64,000 nt of DNA. It comes from Candidatus Woesearchaeota archaeon. GTDB taxonomy: Archaea; Nanobdellota; Nanobdellia; Woesearchaeales; GW2011-AR4. The stretch spans positions 796 through 64,795 of the forward strand of contig JACQSQ010000013.1 of the NCBI GenBank assembly GCA_016211245.1. Direction: 5' to 3'. Under the pieces are notes generated by a model. It did not search any database and was not told the origin of the DNA. It saw only the letters and a program-made list of their open reading frames with translations. Positions 58,437 through 64,000 of the stretch are shown in pieces (positions within the stretch are counted from its first letter, which is position 1; each line of letters begins with the position of its first letter). A program made the translations under genes and the position numbers.

Positions 58437-60078
58437 TGCTGTTTTTCAATACAATTATATTATTATTCTCAAAAACTATTTTGATATAGTCTTTCTTCAA
58501 CAACTCATTTGCAATTAATAGGTTATATTGTGCAAAGACAGGCTGTGCAGTTCTTCTGTCAAATACAAGGTAATTGAAATTGCAAATGTCCTTTGTTCCA
58601 AATCTGATTTCTTCCGGCAGTTCGTCAATGCCGAACTTAAATGAAAATAATGATTCTCTTATTGGAGCGCCGCCGCCTGCATCTCCTGGCAATTCTGAGT
58701 CATAATTTCTTCTAACTTCCCTTTTGTTTATAGCGTCTATGAAACCTTCAGGAGTAACCTGGTAATGGGCTCTTTTTGCGTTTCTCAATAATGCATCTTG
58801 ACTATATATGTCGCCGTAAAAGAAATATACTTTTACATCGTCTTCAGCGTTTTTCGCAATCCAGTTGAACATGTCCCAATGCTCTTTGCCCATCAAACCA
58901 TTACTTTGTATCTTTTGATAATGCGGAATTAAAGGGATATTTGGAATTATCACCAAAATAATCAGAATTATAGATAATGATATTGAATGCCATACCTTCC
59001 ATTCTTTGATTATCAATTTCAAAATCCAGTAAATTCCAAATCCAACAAGAAATGACAAAAATATCGGCCAGAAAAATCTTAATTGGAAAGCCTTTTCCCT
59101 AAATCCAATATAGTTTGAAAGCCCGACGAGAAGCATGCTTAGCGAAGCAATTGTTGGAACAAGGCTTTTTTTAATGAAAAGTAATGATGCAATAAATCCA
59201 ATTACCATAAAAACAAGAAGCAGCTTGAAATCCATCAAATAGATTGTTGGATTGTCCCATCTTAATGACGCAGCAAACTCAAATGGTTGTCGAGGAATCC
59301 AGACTCCTTTAAAAATAATAAAGTAATAAAGCGTCAATGCCAGCGTAATGATAGCTCCAAAAGCGAAATTCTTTATTATACCAAAATCAATTTTTTTATT
59401 GGTTAATAAATATCCAATTAAAAATATAATCAAGTATATCGCAGCAAACAATGTCTCAGAAGTATGGGTCATAAATGTTGCAGCCATAACAATTCCAAGA
59501 AAGATGTAAGACTTGTGCAGATTATTCCTAGAAGTGTACCAAAAAATGCAAATGAGGAAAAATTGAGACAATAAAGTCGGCCAATGTCCGAATAGGAATC
59601 CTGTGTACAACCCAGAGGAGAAAACAAGCAACGATATTGGAAGAGAGATTAATGCAACATTTTTGTTGAACTGCCTAATTACGAGATACATAACTAAAGA
59701 TGCCAAGGCAGCAAAAAAGAATACACTAAAGTAAATTGTGTCATAAACCTCCAAACCGCTTAGATGAGATAAGATTACGCTTAAATGGTATAGTACTGGC
59801 GGATAGTAGCCTGTCGCGCCTTCAACGCCCATCACAATGTAGCTTGCCTCATCCCTGTAATTGCCTGCGTCCTTAATGCTTTGCGCTCTTGTCTGGTGCT
59901 GAAATGCATCAGAAGCCATGTATGCGTAAGGGTAATCGTGCTGCAATTGATGGTCGAACAAAAATCCTGTGCCTAGATAAAGAAAGACACCAAAAAAAAT
60001 TACAAGCACAATCTTTTCTAAGTCAAGCCTGATTTTGAACACCTTTCCCAAATTTTTTTGCATAGATAAAATAACCAA
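58399..60078 (-). CDS. polytopic membrane protein with C-terminal soluble domain (GT-C-like candidate)
   Basis: About 11 TM then 170-aa hydrophilic tail; no WWDYG or DxD OST motif found. Confidence 0.4.
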   Translation of the reverse strand: MVILSMQKNLGKVFKIRLDLEKIVLVIFFGVFLYLGTGFLFDHQLQHDYPYAYMASDAFQHQTRAQSIKDAGNYRDEASYIVMGVEGATGYYPPVLYHLSVILSHLSGLEVYDTIYFSVFFFAALASLVMYLVIRQFNKNVALISLPISLLVFSSGLYTGFLFGHWPTLLSQFFLICIFWYTSRNNLHKSYIFLGIVMAATFMTHTSETLFAAIYLIIFLIGYLLTNKKIDFGIIKNFAFGAIITLALTLYYFIIFKGVWIPRQPFEFAASLRWDNPTIYLMDFKLLLVFMVIGFIASLLFIKKSLVPTIASLSMLLVGLSNYIGFREKAFQLRFFWPIFLSFLVGFGIYWILKLIIKEWKVWHSISLSIILIILVIIPNIPLIPHYQKIQSNGLMGKEHWDMFNWIAKNAEDDVKVYFFYGDIYSQDALLRNAKRAHYQVTPEGFIDAINKREVRRNYDSELPGDAGGGAPIRESLFSFKFGIDELPEEIRFGTKDICNFNYLVFDRRTAQPVFAQYNLLIANELLKKDYIKIVFENNNIIVLKNSNVGADCIEQRNF

Positions 60079-62287
60079 AGTATAATAAGATTAATACAAA
60101 TGATATAACACTTATCATTTTTCCCCTAGCATACGATTTTGGCTTGTATTCAAATTTAACCTCGCTTTTTTCACCATTTAGATAAACAGCTGTTACTATC
60201 CCATTTGCTTTATGCATTTTAACTTCATTTCCATTTATGCTTGCCTTCCATCCGGGAAAATCAACAAATCTTTCTGAAGCAACAAGCCATCTTTTTTGGC
60301 CGCTCAATTCCAAAATGACTTTGTTGTTTTTGTATTCTTTGACCGGAGCCTCAACATAACTTCCTTTTGAAATATTGAATATTTTATTCACATCCTCTTC
60401 TGTGACTGTATTTTGGCCTGAGAAAAGATCTGGCACTATCACTCCTCCATAATCCACATACTGCCTTAGCAATCCTATGCTGTTGTCATCGACAGAATCC
60501 CGAACTAAGAAGATAACATCAAACGTTTTCAGGAAATCCAAGCTGTAATCATTTATTTTTGCGCCCTCAATCAGGACGCTTTCATTGGGCTTCCAGCTCT
60601 GGGACATTATGGTGTATGTAAGCTGCCTTACAAGCTCTTGATTTCCAGCAATCAAAATGCTTTTGGGCGCCATGTAGTATCTTGGAAGCTGATAGGTATT
60701 ATTGTAAAGATAAGGCCCCCATGCTTCCCAGATTGAGCATTCCCTGCAATTATTGTACCTGCCTATGAGCTTGAATCCTTCAATATCTTCCTTTTCGCTT
60801 AATATAGCATATTTGCTGTTAAGCACAGCATAGAATTTGGCTGGTGAACTTTGCGCTACACTCAGGTAAATTATATAATCATTAAACCAGATTCCAGAGC
60901 CGCCTTTTAACTCTGAAATCCCTTTTTGGGCATAATAATTGTAGCCTGCAGCTCCAATCAAGTCCTTTAATGCAAGGTTTATGACCCTGAATTGCGAATT
61001 GTCTTGCGACATTTTCTCTACTATCGGGATTTCGCCAGGATTTACCACTTTTATTGATTGAGGTGCTGCTTGAATTAGAAATAATTCAAAAAAAATAATA
61101 CTAAAAATAACCCTGAAAATCCATTTCTTGTCAAGCTTTTGATACCTCTCAAGCAAAGAGTTCAATGCCAATAACCCAAATCCTGCAAGAATTGATGCTG
61201 CAAATGCAAACAAAACCAAGGCTCTTTCTATATGCCTTGTTTGGCTGAATACCGGAACATTGAACAATAATTTTGACAAAAAGGATTCTGTCGACAGCAA
61301 TAATGACAATAACACAATAATTGCGGCAAAAATGACTGCTTTGTTCTTATAATTTTTTAACCCCAATATTAAAAGGATTATCCCTGCAAGCCCTACTGCT
61401 GCCGACAAGCCCTGGCCATTAAAGAAGATATTTGACACAAATGCAAAAAGGAAATTGCTTAGCTTGACCGGCTCGCCAAGATATTGCTCATATGAGATGC
61501 CTGCTCCCCTGTTGGACAGCTTCATGAACTCCAAACCGGGAAGCAATTTTATTGCGGAAAGGCCAAAGAAGACGGCAATAATAATTATGCCTGCAACTGA
61601 GAGTTTTATCAACCTGTTTAATATGTTTTTATCAATCAAGTAAGTTGTTGAATAAGCCAAGATTAAGATGAACAGGTATGGAAGATAAATGACGCCGCCG
61701 ACAGAAACAAGCAATGCGGCAAAGATTCCTGCAAGCATTGAATATAATATATATTCTTTTGTTTTTAATGATCTTATTGTAAAAAATAATATAAAAGGCA
61801 ATAAGGAATATCCTTCTATTATCATTATGTTGCCCGGGATAATAAAAGAATGCATGAAACCGTTGAACATGTAAAGCAAAGCTGCAATGAATCCTGCTCT
61901 CTTGTCTTCGCTTAAGTAATAAACTAATAAGTACATTCCCAATCCGGCAAGAAAAAGGTGGACTATAACAGTGAAGTTCATTGCCAGATAAATATTTCCG
62001 GTCAGCAAAATAAAAAATAAATTCAGGTCAATGAAATAGTACTCAGGCTGCGCAAACAAAGGCCTTCCGGAATAGTAATAAGGGGTCCATAAAGGCAAAG
62101 AGCCTTCTGACAATGACTTTTTCATGTTGTAAGAGTAGAAAGTAACATCATTGATGTAATGCACATTGTTGAGGATTTTTGAAGCGCTTATTATGCCGTG
62201 GAAGAAAAATAAGGATAGAAATAACAGTATAATTGCAAGATAGTGCTCTTTAATGAAGCTCTTGATTTTATTTAGATACTCTTTCAA
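60023..62287 (-). CDS. YfhO-like GT-C membrane glycosyltransferase (754 aa)
   Basis: TTG start; about 13 N-terminal TM, large extracytoplasmic domain, final C-terminal TM helix (MISVISFVLILLYFGYFIY) as in YfhO family. Confidence 0.45.
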   Translation of the reverse strand: MKEYLNKIKSFIKEHYLAIILLFLSLFFFHGIISASKILNNVHYINDVTFYSYNMKKSLSEGSLPLWTPYYYSGRPLFAQPEYYFIDLNLFFILLTGNIYLAMNFTVIVHLFLAGLGMYLLVYYLSEDKRAGFIAALLYMFNGFMHSFIIPGNIMIIEGYSLLPFILFFTIRSLKTKEYILYSMLAGIFAALLVSVGGVIYLPYLFILILAYSTTYLIDKNILNRLIKLSVAGIIIIAVFFGLSAIKLLPGLEFMKLSNRGAGISYEQYLGEPVKLSNFLFAFVSNIFFNGQGLSAAVGLAGIILLILGLKNYKNKAVIFAAIIVLLSLLLSTESFLSKLLFNVPVFSQTRHIERALVLFAFAASILAGFGLLALNSLLERYQKLDKKWIFRVIFSIIFFELFLIQAAPQSIKVVNPGEIPIVEKMSQDNSQFRVINLALKDLIGAAGYNYYAQKGISELKGGSGIWFNDYIIYLSVAQSSPAKFYAVLNSKYAILSEKEDIEGFKLIGRYNNCRECSIWEAWGPYLYNNTYQLPRYYMAPKSILIAGNQELVRQLTYTIMSQSWKPNESVLIEGAKINDYSLDFLKTFDVIFLVRDSVDDNSIGLLRQYVDYGGVIVPDLFSGQNTVTEEDVNKIFNISKGSYVEAPVKEYKNNKVILELSGQKRWLVASERFVDFPGWKASINGNEVKMHKANGIVTAVYLNGEKSEVKFEYKPKSYARGKMISVISFVLILLYFGYFIYAKKFGKGVQNQA

Positions 62288-62561
62288 GCCAAATCCCCTG
62301 TAGAAGATATTAAGAAGCTATTTAAAAGGTTTATTATTGGGATTTTGAGAATTTAACTGGACATTACAATTTTAACTAGATTAATAATGTATTAGGCGAC
62401 CTATTTCAAAGCACGCATGATAATAGGTGACCCGCACACTAATGTTTTGCTATTTATCTTATCAATAAAGCACTATTGTTGTACGAGGGGCACCCATTCT
62501 GTTCAGGAGAGCGCATGGGTCTCGTAATTATAAAATATAAATTGAATTTTATAGTGAAGGA

Positions 62562-63260
62562 CTAATCAACAAACCTGTACTTAACCAGATAATAAACTGC
62601 TTTTATTCCATCAACCCATGTTATCTTCTTGCCTTCTGCAAACTTCCTTCCGTAGAAATTGATTGGAACTTCATGAATTTTATAGCCTTTCTTCAGTATT
62701 TTGGCTGTTATCTCAGGCTCAAAGTCAAACCTTGCGGCCTTTAAATTGATTCCATTAAGAACTTCTTTCCTGAATGCCTTGTAGCAGGTTTCCATGTCAG
62801 TTATCTTTACGCCGTAAAGCATATTCGTAAGCAAAGTTAAAAATAAATTTCCGGCATAATGCAGCTTGTACATCTTGCTCAGGTTTTTAGTTATCATCTC
62901 AAACCTTGAGCCGTAAACGACTTTTGTTTTGTTCTCAACTATGGGCTTTAATAATTTTTCATAGTCATTCGGGTCATACTCTAAATCAGCATCTTGGATT
63001 AGGATTATATCGCCTGTTGCCTGCTTTAGCCCAGTTCTTATCGCAGAGCCCTTTCCCTTGTTCTTTTCATGATAGACTATTTTTATGCTCTTGTCTTTTA
63101 GTTTTTTTAGGATGTCTCTTGTGCCGTCTTTTGAGAAATCATCTACCACAATTATTTCTTTGGCAAAATTTAATGTTTTTGCTTTCTTTACTTTGCCTAT
63201 AATCTTCAGTATAGTGGCTTTTTCATTGTAAACTGGCATTATGATTGAAAGTTTTGGCAT
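62562..63260 (-). CDS. glycosyltransferase family 2, Dpm1-like polyprenyl-phosphate glycosyltransferase
   Basis: [34 protein letters not shown]; nearly collinear paralog of 24864-25559. Confidence 0.8.
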   Translation of the reverse strand: MPKLSIIMPVYNEKATILKIIGKVKKAKTLNFAKEIIVVDDFSKDGTRDILKKLKDKSIKIVYHEKNKGKGSAIRTGLKQATGDIILIQDADLEYDPNDYEKLLKPIVENKTKVVYGSRFEMITKNLSKMYKLHYAGNLFLTLLTNMLYGVKITDMETCYKAFRKEVLNGINLKAARFDFEPEITAKILKKGYKIHEVPINFYGRKFAEGKKITWVDGIKAVYYLVKYRFVD

Positions 63261-63291
63261 AGAAAATAAGACTTATTGGACGTTTAAAAAA

Positions 63292-63780
63292 TTATTGTTT
63301 TTTATAAGTTGATAGAATTTTATTGATTATCCTGCTTGTTGAATGCTTCTTTTCTGCTTTAGCAATTACTATCCTTCCGCCATTTTTTTCAACAATCTCT
63401 TTTTCTATTATTTGGCTTAATTTATAATCGCCGGCTTTGACATGAACATTTGGTTTTATTTTATTCAACCAATCTCTCGGGTCTTTTTCATCAAACAGAA
63501 AAACATAATCTACAGATTCAAATGCAGCTATTACAGACGTTCTTGATTTCTCATCATTAATCGGCCTTTTGTCGCCTTTGTTTAGTTTTACTGATTTGTC
63601 CGTGTTTACGCCGACTACCAAGACATCCCCTAACTTCTTTGCCTCTTCCAGATACTGCACATGCCCTGCATGAATGATGTCAAAGACGCCGTTTGTTGTT
63701 ACTATTTTTTTATTTTTGTTTTTGGGTTTTTCAACTATTTTGATGATTTCGTTTAATGTTTTGATTTTGGAGTTGATCAT
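63292..63780 (-). CDS. D-glycero-D-manno-heptose 1-phosphate adenylyltransferase-like (HldE domain II/RfaE-II, cytidylyltransferase fold)
   Basis: TNGVFDIIHAGHVQYLEEAKKLGDVLVVGVNTD...KGDKRPINDEKSRTSVIAAFESVDYVFLFDEKDP...VKAGDYK...NGGRIVI...HSTSRII matches RfaE domain II. The archaeal FMN adenylyltransferase RibL is an alternative. Confidence 0.65.
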   Translation of the reverse strand: MINSKIKTLNEIIKIVEKPKNKNKKIVTTNGVFDIIHAGHVQYLEEAKKLGDVLVVGVNTDKSVKLNKGDKRPINDEKSRTSVIAAFESVDYVFLFDEKDPRDWLNKIKPNVHVKAGDYKLSQIIEKEIVEKNGGRIVIAKAEKKHSTSRIINKILSTYKKQ

Positions 63781-64000
63781 TTTAATTATACTTGATATAT
63801 AGGTAAAATGAAACTATTATTATGCTAATTATACAACCTAATAATACCATACACATATCTTCTTAAAGATTTCTTACGTTTACTAATAATCATATTTTCT
63901 GCCTTATTATCTTTAAATACCCAAATCCAATATGTTAAATTGTCATAAAGTTTAAAGCCGAAAATAGGATCAGAAACAATACCATGAATTTTTTCATATT

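Noticed and set aside
60023-62287. Assignment of the 754-aa membrane protein as AglB/STT3 oligosaccharyltransferase
   Set aside because: No WWDYG, DK or MI motif and no DxD pair in the first loops were found by eye. The presence of a final C-terminal TM helix fits the YfhO family better.
63292-63780. Alternative annotation of the small nucleotidyltransferase as glycerol-3-phosphate cytidylyltransferase (TagD)
   Set aside because: The C-terminal half (KGDKRPINDEKSR...VDYVFLFDE...VKAGDYK...NGGRIVI) aligns much better by eye with the HldE domain II pattern than with TagD. The archaeal RibL alternative is kept as a caveat rather than rejected.

Overview
This AT-rich, gene-dense window has overlapping and translationally coupled genes. 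TATA-like boxes (TTTAAATATA, TTTAAAAATA) sit about 21-25 nt upstream of start codons, pointing to leaderless archaeal-type promoters. A tandem Lrp/AsnC regulator is present, and a giant surface protein ends in a PGF-containing domain, a Pro/Glu linker and a C-terminal transmembrane anchor. Together these point to an archaeal, probably DPANN-like, genome; a CPR bacterium cannot be excluded from sequence alone.

The window has two parts. Bases 1-4570 are accessory and mobile DNA. They hold a secreted RHS-core polymorphic toxin with a GHSLGG alpha/beta-hydrolase tip, small membrane immunity-like genes, degraded YD-repeat fragments, a DUF4258/DUF2283-like pair, and a frameshifted IS91-family (HUH-Y2) transposase remnant. 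A roughly 18-60 nt repeat recurs immediately 3' of three of these cassette ORFs.

Bases 5100-63780 form one very large surface-glycan island. It is built around a 1992-aa protein that is rich in Cys/Trp repeats and N-X-S/T sequons and carries a C-terminal TM anchor. Surrounding genes:
- Transporters and transferases: a Wzx-like flippase, four Dpm1-like GT2, three GT4, two GT9 heptosyltransferase-like genes and about seven polytopic GT-C-like membrane proteins.
- Nucleotide-sugar enzymes: two UDP-sugar dehydrogenases, WecB, three UXS/epimerase-like SDRs, an RmlD-like reductase, a Gfo/Idh/MocA oxidoreductase, a cupin ketoisomerase-like gene and an aldo/keto reductase.
- Sugar-modifying enzymes: two TylCIII-like C-methyltransferase paralogs, three other SAM methyltransferases, a NodU/CmcH carbamoyltransferase with SxtJ-like and DUF5989-like partners, four membrane-anchored SGNH hydrolase paralogs, an AAC(3)-like N-acetyltransferase and an FkbH-HAD/GNAT fusion.
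- A heptose-1-phosphate adenylyltransferase (HldE domain-II-like).

I found no tRNA, rRNA or CRISPR array. The most novel candidate is the giant Cys/Trp-repeat glycoprotein together with this unusually complex glycosylation machinery, which encodes heptose, C-methyl-branched, carbamoylated and acetylated sugars.
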